Assembly (NCBI GenBank): GCA_050575255.1
Contig: JBNZDD010013673.1
Span: forward strand, 22,184-86,183
Source: Harriotta raleighana
Taxonomy: Eukaryota
Length of the DNA: 64,000 nt
Reading direction: 5' to 3'
Every line of letters begins with the position of its first letter. Within the stretch, counting starts at the first letter, position 1. This document shows positions 38,248 through 50,800 of the stretch, piece by piece. Below the pieces are notes generated by a model that had not been told where the DNA came from, made no database searches, and saw nothing but the letters and a program-made list of their open reading frames with translations. A program made the position numbers and the translations under genes.

Positions 38248-38558
38248 ATTGGTTAGAGCACTCGCTCTTGCAAGCGAGACGACCCGGGTTCCATTCCCAG
38301 ACAGGGCGAAGTCTTAGGCCAGTTTTCCAACTCCTGTTTCCCTGCACTAAATAGGAACCCCCTGTTGTTTTGGTGGATTGCTTTCAGGGAGTAATATTCC
38401 CTTGAAATAATGATAATAACTTGGTCACTCAATCCACTACCGTTTGTGGGGACGCTGCTGTGCGCAATCGGCTGCTGTGTTTCGCCCACAAATGTACACT
38501 CAATTTGCTTTACAGTATATTCTGCGAAGAGCTTTGAGACGTCTAGAAGACGTGATTC
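38248..38558 (+). mobile_element. tRNA-derived SINE
   Basis: tggttagagcactcgc..gacccgggttccattccc head, shared body and tail. Confidence 0.85.
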
Positions 38559-39547
38559 AGTTAATCTATTTTAAACCCCACACTCTCTTCCCCCCCAAAC
38601 CTCCCCTCTACCCTAACTCTCCCTTTAAATCATTGCCAAGAAAAAAAAGCACTAGCGCTCTTCAAATTGTTAACAGGTCCCAGAAGCTTTTCTCCCACCC
38701 TTTGATCACCCCGTTTAGAACATTCTAGCCGTACATTAAGCACACAAGAGTGAGCTGACTCCGGTATTCATCCCCCCGCCTCATCCTTAAACAAGGAGAG
38801 AATTGCAAATGATAAGCTGAACGGCTCATCCGCATAAATAAAGGCTCCTTGTTTTTGATCTCATTAAAATTTCAACACTGCTGCAGAGGGGAAGCACAGA
38901 GTGGGAGGGAGTGGGGGGAGCTGTGGGGTTGGGGGCTGGAGAACAGGAGGGAGTGAGGGAGTGAGGGAGTGGGGGCATCAGAGAAATAAGGAGGGAAAGG
39001 ACCGAAGCAATTTTTGCCCACACAATACACAATGATTGTGTGTCACTCCACCTTACAGTGCATCCTGTGAAGCACTTTGAGATGCCTGAATGACCTGATA
39101 GGGCAATGTATCAAATTCAAGGGTATTCACTGTATCAAATTATTATTATTATTATCAGTGCCAAAGCAATGTATTTCACTCACGAAGAGACATAATTTGA
39201 GCATGGGTGAGGATGCGGAGTCAGGAATGTGGTGTTTCATTTCACTTCCAGTCTCTGTGATCCATCACTGCACCCACCTACCCTATCACACAGAGGCTTT
39301 AAAGTCTTCCTGATCCGTTCGCTGTTATGTCACACTGAGACAGACCCCATGGGACAAGGTCCTCTAGTGCTGAGCACAGTCACACAGCCTCTGCCTCCCT
39401 CCGTCTGTCTCACTGAGCAACTGAACCCATTGCCTTTAAAGCAAACCTTTTTTTTCTAACTGCAAGGTAGAGACTGAAAAAAACAGAGACTCGTACATTA
39501 AAATGTCTGATCATTTCAGTGAAGTGCTGGAGCTCATGTAGCCAGTA

Positions 39548-40228
39548 TGAGTCACTGCAATTAGAGACACTGTTTCAGAAACAACAGGAATTAAGCTTCG
39601 CTTTTTCATTGCGTTAAATTCTCTCCAAGGCTCTACCCTACATGAAGGGAACTATATAAATGCACCTTGTTGTTGTGGGTCTAGCATCTTCCAAGTGTAC
39701 TTATAATATAATAATAAAAATTAAGGTGAAGTGCATCTTGATGCATCTCATCGATGTTCATTTGTTCCATTACAGCTTTAAACCCAGTGAGGGAATGACT
39801 CACTCATCAAAGCATAAGAAGCCTAGCTCTGTGTGACTTGATATATCTGTGTTGGAAAAGCATTGTTCTGCTTCAAGGATCTTGCACCAATTTAGCAAGC
39901 AGTCACCTCCCACACACACACACACACATGCCTTTTCCCGAACTTGGTTATTTTGGGATTTCAATGATATCTCAGCCTTTTGTGAGTCTGCCCACATGTT
40001 GTGGGCTTTACACAATTTGTGACTGTCTGCAGGGAAAAGTCCCAGAATTTTTGAATGAAGTTCGATGATTGTCACACTTCCTTGCTGTTCCGGATCCGCA
40101 CACAAACATCTGAACAAGTGTAAAATAGGATTGACGAGCAACTGTGAGTCATTTTACATTAGATTCAATTCAATCAATCTAATCTGAGCACAGGACACAG
40201 TTGAGTCACTGACTTGATGCGTGAGTCA
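39548..40228. promoter_or_regulatory. Cluster of five AP-1 motifs, candidate enhancer
   Basis: TGASTCA at 39548, 39796, 40145, 40202 and 40222. Confidence 0.45.
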
Positions 40229-41547
40229 ACATCATCCGGTCTGTGACAAAATAAACCAAAGCAATAATCATCCTTCCATCCTTTGGGTTTATTTCTGTTT
40301 TTCTTTTTTTTTAAAAAAACTTTTCCTGTAAACAAGTTAGCCATGATGAGATCACGGAGAATTTGAAACCCAGCTGCTGGCTGGAACAGGAAGGAGTAAC
40401 TTACTTTTCAGTCATTTGCAATGGAGTTATAATCCTACTACAGTACTACTACTAATAATAATCCTTGCATTTGATCTAGCGCCTTATCATGCCTCTGAGA
40501 TGTCACAAAGAGCTTCAAAGGATACACGGTAAAATGAATTGACTGCGTATTTTGTGGCTGAAACGCGGCAACCAATTGCATACAGCAGTGTCCCCACAAC
40601 AACAACAACAACAACAACAAAATTACATTTATAGAGCGCGTTTCACGTCAGGAGGACGTCCCAAGGCGCTGGACAGATGATTTAAGACCCGANTGGTTGG
40701 CATATCAAAGAGAAGACATAAAAAAAATCCAGCCACTGTGTGCACAACGTGGGGTAAAATATAGCTTCCAAACTAATTCTAGGTGTTATTTTGTGAGCGA
40801 AACGTGGCAGCCAATTGCGCACAGCAGCATCCCCATAAACAGTCGTGGATTGAAATACCCAATTTTTAAAATATTGTTGTTGAGGGATTATAACCAGGCA
40901 ATGTGGAGTAAGGAAACCTGTCCAAGTTTCGCCCTGCCTGGAATTGAACCCAGGTCTCACGCTTGTAAAGTGATTCCTCCAACCACTGCTTTAGTAAGTC
41001 GCGGATATAGGGAGACCGACAGTTGGAGGGATTTAAAAGTGAGGACAAGGATCTTAATCTCGATGCTCTTAATGCTATTGGAAAGAATAAATTCTGCTGA
41101 GCTGATTGTGGATGTCATGGAGGATGTAGGGTAGAAAGAGAGCCAAGGATGGCATCATTATTCAACAGCTGTGGTTACCTGCAGCTGGTAAGGATGTGCT
41201 GAATTCTTGTAACATCCTCCCTTTGGTAAATCTGATTGTCTGCGAGTTCCACTGAACTGAATAGCTGAGACAGCTGGATCCCAGATTGAAGTTATTTTTA
41301 GCACAATGCGGAGGGAATACACATTATAATTTGTCAGGCTACCCTTAAACTGTCTTGAAACAGCAGTTTTCAACAGAGGAATTTTTTTTTAAACTCTGCA
41401 CATTCTTTGGAGACCAGCTGTCCGTTCTACGATGAAAATTATCCTCATAAGTTGAATTTCCAAACTCTGCCTGAGATTATCGGGGCAAAAAAAAATTGGC
41501 CCCAGTATCCGCTGCCTGGAGAGAAGACAGCAACTCATCACTGTCTG

Positions 41548-41561
41548 GCGACCTCTGCTGG
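41548..41561 (-). promoter_or_regulatory. Candidate reverse-oriented CTCF site
   Basis: The minus strand reads CCAGCAGAGGTCGC, a 13/14 match to CCASYAGRKGGCRS. Confidence 0.55.
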
Positions 41562-41659
41562 TAAATGATGTGGACATTGGGCATAGAAAGAGACAAAGGT
41601 GACTTGCACAGCTCTTAACAAAGGGTCTTTGAAACAACAAGTAGCTCTCAAATCTCTTC

Positions 41660-41998
41660 GGCACTCACCTCGCAAGTGAGAGGATCCAGTTTCGATTCCC
41701 CAGTATGGCAAATTTCCTTACTCCACACGCCTGTATACCTAGCAGTAAATGGGAACCCGTTTGTTGGGTGATTGGCAGATCGCTTTCCGGGGGTAATAAG
41801 AAAGAAATAAAAATAAATAAGAATGTGCTCACTCACTCCACAACTGTTCATGGGACACTGCTGTGCATAATTGGCTGCTGCGTTTCACCCACAAAATATA
41901 CAGTCATTCACTTTACAGTATATACCGTACTGTGAAGCGCTTTGAGACATCTTAATGAAATGTTAAGGTTCTTATATCACAAACAAGGATTATTATCA
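41660..41998 (+). mobile_element. tRNA-derived SINE
   Basis: gcactcacctcgcaag..ttcgattccc head, body, and the tail gtgaagcgctttgagac..aaggattattat. Confidence 0.85.
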
Positions 41999-43857
41999 TT
42001 TTTATTGTTATCTGAAGTAAAGCTCCCATGTTTATTGAGCTAAAATGAATTTGTGCCATGAACTAAGTCCCCACATGAACCCTTTCTTCTCATCTTCTCC
42101 ACCAGCAGCACTTAAATATTGCCAACATATTAAAGTGTCCCAAATATTTACTCAACCATAATAAACCGCAGTGAGGTGGCTAAGTGCACAGAGAACAAGA
42201 CAGGTGGGGGGGGGGGGGCACCTTACAGACCTCTTTAGAAAATGACATGCGGTTGTGACTTATGTATCCGGAAAAATTGATTATTGATTAACTACATTAA
42301 ATAGAACAAGCTCGTTAAGAGAAAAAGATTTCTGTTCAGAGTTGAATCAGGTTGCTTGATGCTTTCCCTTTGGTCAACAATGTATCGGCCACTGCAGCTA
42401 CTTTGTCTTGTAACCGCTATAGATATTTGGAGGGTTTGAAAGTTTGAAAAAGAGAATTGTTTCCAGATTTTTCAGTTAAAAAGGCATCTGCTCAGTATTA
42501 TCTCCCGTGATCAACCACCAGGGGATGGAAAAGGAAATGCTCTTTCTTTGACCCTAAAATAACTGCATTATTTAAGACATTGGATCGACTTTGATGCATT
42601 TCAGCCAAAAATCTTTATTGGATTTGATCCAGATGGTTTGTACTCGGGGAGTATATCCTGCCATGTTTGCTGCTTATACTGACAGCTCTGCAATGCAAGC
42701 TGTACTTGCTGATTGGCTTTTAATGTTATAAAATGTCTTAGAATATGTTCACCCGACTTTCAAACTGATCTGTGTGGATTTTACAAACACATGGAGCGAT
42801 GAGAAGGTGTGATTTGAATGTAAGAACATGTGCAATGATTCATTTCCACATTTTTGGGTTCTCTAAAAAAAACGCAGCAAACCCTTATTGAGTTTCAAAC
42901 TAGAATCCTGAAATTCCACTTTGTCGGAAGCTGGAATATCACTTTACTGCAAAAAATTAAAGATTGTGCCAAATTGTGGAGAAATCCTTCCAAATCTCTA
43001 TTTTCAATGACTTTGGAAAGGTGGCTCGCAAGGTAAGGCTGATTTTTAAGAATTTGACAGAATTCTGCACAATTTTTTGCTAAAATTGCAAAATGATAAT
43101 AATCCTTGCATTTGATAAAGGCGCTTTATCACATTGTCATTATTATCAGTTTTGATTAAGGAATTACCACTGGAAAGCGATCTGCCAATCAACTAACAAA
43201 CATTCGTGCTCCTACTTACTAGGTAAACACGTCGGTTAGAGAATATTTAATAGTGATAGAGAATATATAATAGGTCGATAGAGAATACAACCTAGTATTT
43301 GAGAAAAGCGCGAGAAATCATATACAAGCTCACAAAATATCTACAGTGGAGAAAACACTCAAGGGCATTTCAGTGTTCCGCTAAGCACAACAAAGGTCAC
43401 AGATTTATAAGATTTATTTGAACGGATTTATAAGAAATTGTTCCAACTCGACTAGAATTATCTGGGAGATAGATAGTGTCAGACAGATCTGACAAATCTG
43501 TAGATATAATCTATTTTGATTTCCAGGAGCCATTTGACAACCTTCTTGATACACTAGGTCTCGAAAGAAGATTGAGGCTCATAGAATGGTTGGATTAAGA
43601 ACAGAGTGTTAAATGGAAAAGGCTCTGACTAAGGAGTTGTGAGTGATACAATATTCTAGGTCTCTGTCCTGCGTTCTTCGTGTTGTTCACCATTTGTAAA
43701 TAATACTTATATTTTACATAACGCCTTATCACGTTGTTGAGACGTCTCAAAGTGGTTCACAGAATATATGGTAAATTCACTGTATTTTGTAGGTGAAAAG
43801 AGGGAGCCAAATGCGCACTGCAGTGTCCAATAAACGCTCGTGGATTGAGTGACCAAT

Positions 43858-44176
43858 TATAATAATAATCCTTGCATTTGATATAGCGCTTTTCACATCT
43901 CATCAATGTCCCAAAGCGCTTCACAGAATATACTGTAAAGTGAATTGACTGTATATTTGTGGGCGGAACGCGGCAGCCAATTGCGCACAGCAGTGTCCCA
44001 CAAACAGTCATGGATTGAAATGACCAATTTTATTATTGTAGTTTTTTTGGAGGGATTATTATTAGGCATGTGGAGTAAGGAAACTTGCCCAAGGTTTCGC
44101 CCTGATCTGCCTGGATTCGAACACAGGTCTCATGCTTGTAAGGCGAGTGCTCTAACCACTGAGCCACAGGAGCTCC
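43858..44176 (-). mobile_element. Full-length tRNA-derived SINE (young subfamily) flanked by other SINE pieces (43710-43857, 44180-44300)
   Basis: Closely matches 49476-49803, 57358-57684 and the reverse complement of 59223-59545. Confidence 0.92.
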
Positions 44177-44464
44177 AAATTATTATTATCCCCAGAAAGC
44201 GATCCGCCATTCGCCTAACAAATGGATTCCTACTTACTGCTAGGTAAACAGAGGCGTGTAGAGAAAGGAAACCTGCCTAAGGTCCCACTTCACCCAGGAA
44301 CTGTGACCCAAACCCATTCCTCCTTAAAATAACCAAACAGCGATGCATTTGATAAAATATTTGTTTTTATTTACAATTCAAATCACACATTCAATCTTTA
44401 GTTTCCAAACACATTTCTATCAAAAAGTCCTCAAAACAACTCTTTTAAGTTTATGTTTCATAGC

Positions 44465-47400
44465 TTTATTTTTTTCCTCTCATTAAAAATATTCCAATTG
44501 CCAATTTTGTGGCTTTGGTCCACTTAAATTTGTTGCCTTGACAGGGAAGTGAGATGAAGGCAGTTCTGTCTGGCTGTCTGTCTGCCTGCACTTAACCAAA
44601 CTGAAGATTGGCAGGACAATTATCTCGGGTGGACTTTTGAGTGTGAAGTCTGAAGCTGGTGTCAGCAATTCTGAACAAGTACATTTTCATAATAAAAACT
44701 GAAAGGGTTTCAAATAAGAACAAGATGGAAAACATACAAATTTAACTCTTTTACAGTTCCAGTGACAGACAACCCATATGAGCAAATTATGAACTACAAT
44801 AATCCAATTGACTTTTCCAATAGCAACCAGGTCCTAACTTCATATTCCTTAAAAACTGTAATACTTTGTGGGGATTCTCAGATGTTTTAGAAAATCAAAA
44901 AGATGTCTGGCAAGGATACAAAATGTTGATATGTTAGAAAGTAAAAATGTGATCTGATGAAATGCAATTGATTAAAAACAAACCCCTGAATAACACAACA
45001 CTATATGATAAGCAACAATCCAGATATATTAACCCTGGACAGCACAATGCTGAATGAATGCAGAATCTGTCACACTTGTATCAATGCTTTTGATACCTTG
45101 CTTTCCATTGAAATTCAGGCATGTCTTAACTCGTGTAGAAATGGGGTTAGGATAAAGAAACCNTCACAATACTAACTCGTGTAGAAATGGGGTTAGGATA
45201 AAGAAACCATATCTGTCTTAACTCAGGAGTTTGCATATGTGGGTCTAATTTTCCATCAATCATTGTTCTCTCAAAGGACTACTCTACACATTCAGGTGAT
45301 TCATGACCCAGCAAAATGTAGTTAAGATTCTCAGAAACTCGTAATTGTGCAGATCAAAATGGCCTCCTGTGTGGACGAGCTCCCCATTCTATCACTGGAC
45401 AACGATGAGGGCTTTCCACCATTGGAGAATAGGGGAAACCCAACCATGGTTTTATATTGGGAGATTGTGACATTCCAAGCAGCTAGCTTCACAAATACAA
45501 TGCAAAATTACGTTTGTATAGTGCCTGTCACGTCGGGAAGATGTCCCAAGTCGCTGATACAACAATTGAGCTCCTGGCAATTCTCGCTCACTGAGAAACC
45601 CTCTCAAAGCAGTGAACCGAATGATCGGAAACAACGCAAATCAAATAAATATTCGATGCAATAATTCAAACTGTTCGCAGGAAATCGATGCTGAACATTC
45701 AGGAGCAATTTGCATTTGACTAATATTCTTTACATATGCCAAATAAAAGATACTCTGCAGCTCTGCAGCCTCAAATGATTTCTAGCACTTTTTACAATTG
45801 CATAATGGCCTTAATATTTAGCGAACTATGAAATCATCACAAACAATTTTAATAAAATATGCATCAAATTCAACTCAGTACAGTACATTTAAAAGAATTC
45901 TGACTACATTATGAGATTCAACCTTTTAACATCTCGTATTAAAAAGAAGTCAATACCATTAAAAAATACCTTCGACCCCCCCTCCCACTTCCCTCTAAAT
46001 AAGAGTGCTTCTATTATGTTCATTAGATGAGATATGACTAAGTCCTTTTATGTGTGGCTGTATCTATGCCTCAAAGTGCTTAAAGTCGAGAATTTTCATT
46101 TTCTTTTCTAATAATAATTGAAGTCAACAGTATATTTATAGCAAATTAAATCATTTCAGTAGAATATGTATATCACTTAGCTCAACTTTTATATCACAAC
46201 TCTGGATAGCTCCATATCCAGTATTTCCAGAGCCCATGAACAGTGATCTTAGCTCCGACACTCCCCTCATGCTGAAATAGACACAATGTCTTTATGTCCT
46301 GGGTTGCACATAAAGAAGGGTCACTTGGTTGAGGTACCAGAGAATTTCTGGCATCAACTCAACCAATTGCTTCCAACACAAGTTCACCAACGTCAGGGGA
46401 GGGGAGTTTTTATTGGGAAGAGGGGGTGGGAAAGCTTCAATGTTGAATAGGATTTACACACAATGAGAAACAATCAGAATCTGTGAATAAGGACCAACAG
46501 TTCCTTGTACCACAGTAGACCAGTGTACCACTAATTGAGGTCATTACAGCAGAGAATCTACAAGTCCCATTAGTGTGAACTCATGAATGGCTTGGGTGCG
46601 CGTGTCATTAAGTGGCAGGTCGAGAGAACTTGCAAAAGAAAAGTGCAACCGATTAGTACATGCTGGCTGGGCCTCCTCAATTCACAGAGCAAACAGGACC
46701 TGATTCACAGCAATAATCCAGCACCGGCACAGACTGCTTGACTACATTGCTTCACAGAACGGGTATGTACAGCCATATATGATCAGCAACCATGTGAGGA
46801 TGACATGTTAACCTGGGCAAGTGCTGCCTGATCACTTACTGATCCCTGGTGGCTGCCAGGTTGGGCACTGCATAAAGCTCGCTGCCTGTATGTTAACGTC
46901 ACTGCAGCTCTTAGTTACACTGGGAATCATACAATAAACTCCTGGCCCAACATGAATGGCCAAGGTGAGAGATTAAATACAGACCAATTATCCCTTTCAC
47001 CAGCATGCTATACTTACTGGGCGACAAACTACAATGTCTATCAAGGGTCTCCATTGTGGACAAGGGTATGAAACATTACAGAAAAGCAATTTTAGTTCAA
47101 ATTACAGTGTGGAGTTAACCAATTCTACAAGGGAGTAGAGATGGAGTGCAAGCACATTAATGTGGAGAGGGAAAAAGAGAAATGGTGCCTTAACTGTATC
47201 TAATCAGTGCTGAATTTAGCATGAACCATATCGGCGCCTGGAACTGTACCAACAAGCTCCGAGCGGAAAGAATGGTGACTGAGAGATATACAATTCGACA
47301 CAGCGTCAAGGTTGAGATTTTGTGTTGCGCTCCATTAAACATTTAAAATTATTTACTGAACATGATAATAAACCCTTTTTTCTTATTACAAAATAATACT

Positions 47401-50400
47401 CGCTGAATATTGCAAAAACTTTTAAAAGATATACCAATATAAAAAGTATTTTTTAAAACAAATACCAAGTGACACAGTGCAATGATAATATTTCTGGCAC
47501 CTAGAAGAATTTTGTTGTGAACAGGAATTTGTTTTTGCTGGTGAAAGGGTTATGTGTGATATCTATGAGTTAATATATAATCATGTAGAGGGATTAATCA
47601 GCTTTCAAGTGAAATCGGCTCATTTGCTGGAATACAGTCAAAAAGCACATTAACTCGGACCCACACACAACAGCTGGAGGGAACCATGCAGGATTGGTCC
47701 AAAAATGCAAGATTCAAGAATCACAGAAACTTTTTTGTTCTTTCTTTCTCCCTTTCATTCTTTCTCTCTCTCTTTCCCCAACTTAAAAACAGGTTCCAGT
47801 TTTACATCGCCGTGAAGTGCATTTGTGTTTTTGATGTATCGTGAGCCAACTAAAAATCCACTCAAGTCAAATGCTCGCTCACGTTTCTTTGTCAAATCTG
47901 GAGGAATCATGCTTTAATGCCTGTGGGTCAGTCTGGGAAGGGGCGAGCAATAAAACACTAGTAACAGTAGCTCTATACAGTAAGACCCATCTGCTGATCA
48001 AATAGATTCAAAAATGTCTGATCACACGCTCCTTTCGACTGCAGAGTTGGGCCAGACATACAGTAGCAAAGTCCTATGATCCCAGTGACATTCCATCTGG
48101 GATTTACGCAGCTGACAAACATTAACACCCTCAATAAATACAGCAGGACCTGAATCAGTACACAGGGGCCACATAAAACAAATTAGCAGCGGATGAGAGA
48201 TTTTTTTTTCTATGATGAGGAAAAAGCACTGACTGTGTTTCGAGCCCAATACATTCATTTTGCAGGGTTTAACATTCCACAATGTTTTTAAAAAAATGCA
48301 TTGTACTGCATGTAGTTTCTGATGGATGATACCTGAGTGATGTTTAGTGAGCATTTTTCCTGAAAAACAGTGGACGTGTTTTAATGTATTAAAGTTCCTG
48401 GTAAGTGGTGTCTGAGAGAAGAATACATGAGACTGTAAAGTTCACAAACCGTAGGCAAAATTATAATTTCCAAATTCAAAATACTCAGCAGTAATATTAC
48501 GTTCATTATGCAGCAGAAGGCACTTTTTCAGGCTTTACTATTTTACTATTTCTATTTTCCTCTCCAAGTTCCTTGCAGAAGAGGCGATTTTTATGCCAAC
48601 CAATAGAAAAGGGTGGTATACAACATTCCGCAAGATTTTCAAACTGCTGTGCTTGGATATGTCGCTGTGTTTAAGTTACAGTCAATTGACAAAAAGTCAC
48701 TATTAAGTTATTACTATATAATCAACACAGTCAAAGGAACTTGTTTGCCCAACGCTTTGACAATTGTGAATGAACTGAAGCTATTTTATGTCCGCCAGCT
48801 GGCATCTAGACCAATTAACAAACTGGGTAATAAGGGGAAAAGCATACTGGCTGTGCAACTGATGTGGTCCTGTGCTCATTGTTGCTGAAGTTACGACTTA
48901 ACAGAGGAACCTGCAGCAGCTGCAATGGAGGATCTGATCAACAGAAGTCAATTTACAGCAAAAACACAAAAAGGCAAAATACTGCAGTTGCTGGGAATTG
49001 GAAAGAAAAATAGTGGCTGGGAACATTCAGCGGGTCAGGCAGCATCGATAGAGAGCGCGAGAAAAGTGAGTGAACGTTTCAAGCTAATAATCTTCAGTCA
49101 GAATTCCTCTCGTCAGATGCTGAGAGCTTCCAGCGACTTCTGCTTTTACATCCGACAGTAATTTGCCCCTTCATATGGAATTGGAAGAAAACATGGATTC
49201 TGAGATCCGAAGACTGAACCAGGGGAAATGTAACACTGACTAAAAGCAGTGGGAATAAGGTGGTAAGGGTTCATTTTACAGAGTGCCAAAAAAGCAGATT
49301 GTAAAATGCTGTTGGAACAGTTAGCGGTAAAGCAGCTTCTCTCTTAACCCTACATCGGTCTGATAGTTGAGAGTTCTCCATTAACACTGTAAAGAGCAGA
49401 TTCACTTGGGATAAAGTGGACGTGTTCATCGATTTGGGGACCTCTGAACCAGTGGACAAATAGATAGATGTCGGGAATAATAATCCTTGCATTTGTATTT
49501 TGATATAGCTACTTTTCACATCTTATCGATGTCTCAAAGGGCTTCACAGAATATACTGTAAAGAGAATTGACTGTATATTTGTGGATGAAACACAGCAGC
49601 CAATTGCGCACAACAATGTCCCACAAACAGTCATGGATTAAAAATGACCAATTTCCATTATTTTTTTGTTTGGATGGATTATTATTAGGTGTGTGCGTGG
49701 AGTAAGGAAACTTGCCCAAGGTTTTGCCCTGATCTGCCTGGATTCAAACATAGGTCTCACATTTGTTTGGCGAGTGCTCTAACCACTGAGCTACAGGAGC
49801 TCCATCCCAGCTTGTTAAATACTAAAGACTATTTGAGATGTTCTTGATGGGTGCTAACAGTGACTGAATTTGCGCCTCCATTGTGTAACATATCTACCGT
49901 GCATGTGTGACTGTGCTTGTCTTAACTTTGGATAAACTACAAACGCTCTGCATTGGGGGTTAAGGAAGCTGGAATCCTCTTACATATACTTAAAACCACT
50001 GTGTGTTCAATAGATTTGTGATGTAATGTGTGATGTACAGTAGATTTTTGCCCAACTTTATTAATTTGAGTTCTCTATGTGATCTGGAAGGAAGATTTTA
50101 TATTTATTTAACAATACTGACAACTGAAAGAGCAACCAAATCTGAAATCTCTCCCGGTCAAAGTTGCAGTGATCAATTATCTTTCTCTACTAATTTCTTT
50201 TAGGTGGCTTTGAGATTCCATGTGCAAATATTTCATTTCAGAAACTCAACATTTTTTTTAAAAAAAGAACAATAGAAGAATTATCAAAAGATGAAAGAGG
50301 ATCATCAACAGAACGGTTTAAAAAAACGCCCAAGACAACCTGAAGCAACCTGAAGCTCCCAAACATGAGAGGGAGACCTGGTAGGACTATCCACACAGCG

Positions 50401-50627
50401 CCATTGCCAAACCTGAATTGGGAGAGAAAAACATCCTCGCTGCATTAATTGGATCGGCAGCTCTATAGTGACATGGAGCTGCTTCAAACATCATTGGGGG
50501 CTGTCTCTCGATGAGACAAAGGTAGTCCAGGAATGTGACTGTAACAAACGCAGAGTATTTCAAGCATTAAAACCAAACAGGAGAAATGGCATGGAACCTT
50601 CGAATCCCAGGAACTTCCTATATGAGT
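44465..50627 (-). other. DIAPH1: Probable long DIAPH1 3' UTR
   Basis: Lies downstream of the DIAPH1 stop, with minus-strand AATAAA at about 50058, 44465 and 44366 and few repeats. The extent is inferred. Confidence 0.4.
49476..49803 (-). mobile_element. Full-length tRNA-derived SINE
   Basis: Reverse of GGAGCTCCTGTAGCTCAGTGGTTAGAGCACTCGCC...AATGCAAGGATTATTATT. Confidence 0.92.
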
Positions 50628-50800
50628 TTAACTGGAGCGTGTCAGCATCTCCTCCATTAATTCATCTTGCTCCTTCGGCACTGCCACCAACATCTTATCC
50701 TTCTCGATGACCTTCTTTTTGCTCGCGGGATGTCCAATGGCATCGTCTTTAGTAAGTTCTTTGGCTAAAATCGAGGTCATAGCACATCCTTTTCGGTTAG
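50628..50800 (-). CDS. DIAPH1: DIAPH1 last coding exon: ANRKGCAMTSILAKELTKDDAIGHPASKKKVIEKDKMLVAVPKEQDELMEEMLTRSS*
   Basis: ctcgccag| acceptor, phase 1. It matches the human DIAPH1 C-terminus [23 protein letters not shown]...GRAS* and is missing from the ORF track. Confidence 0.9.
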
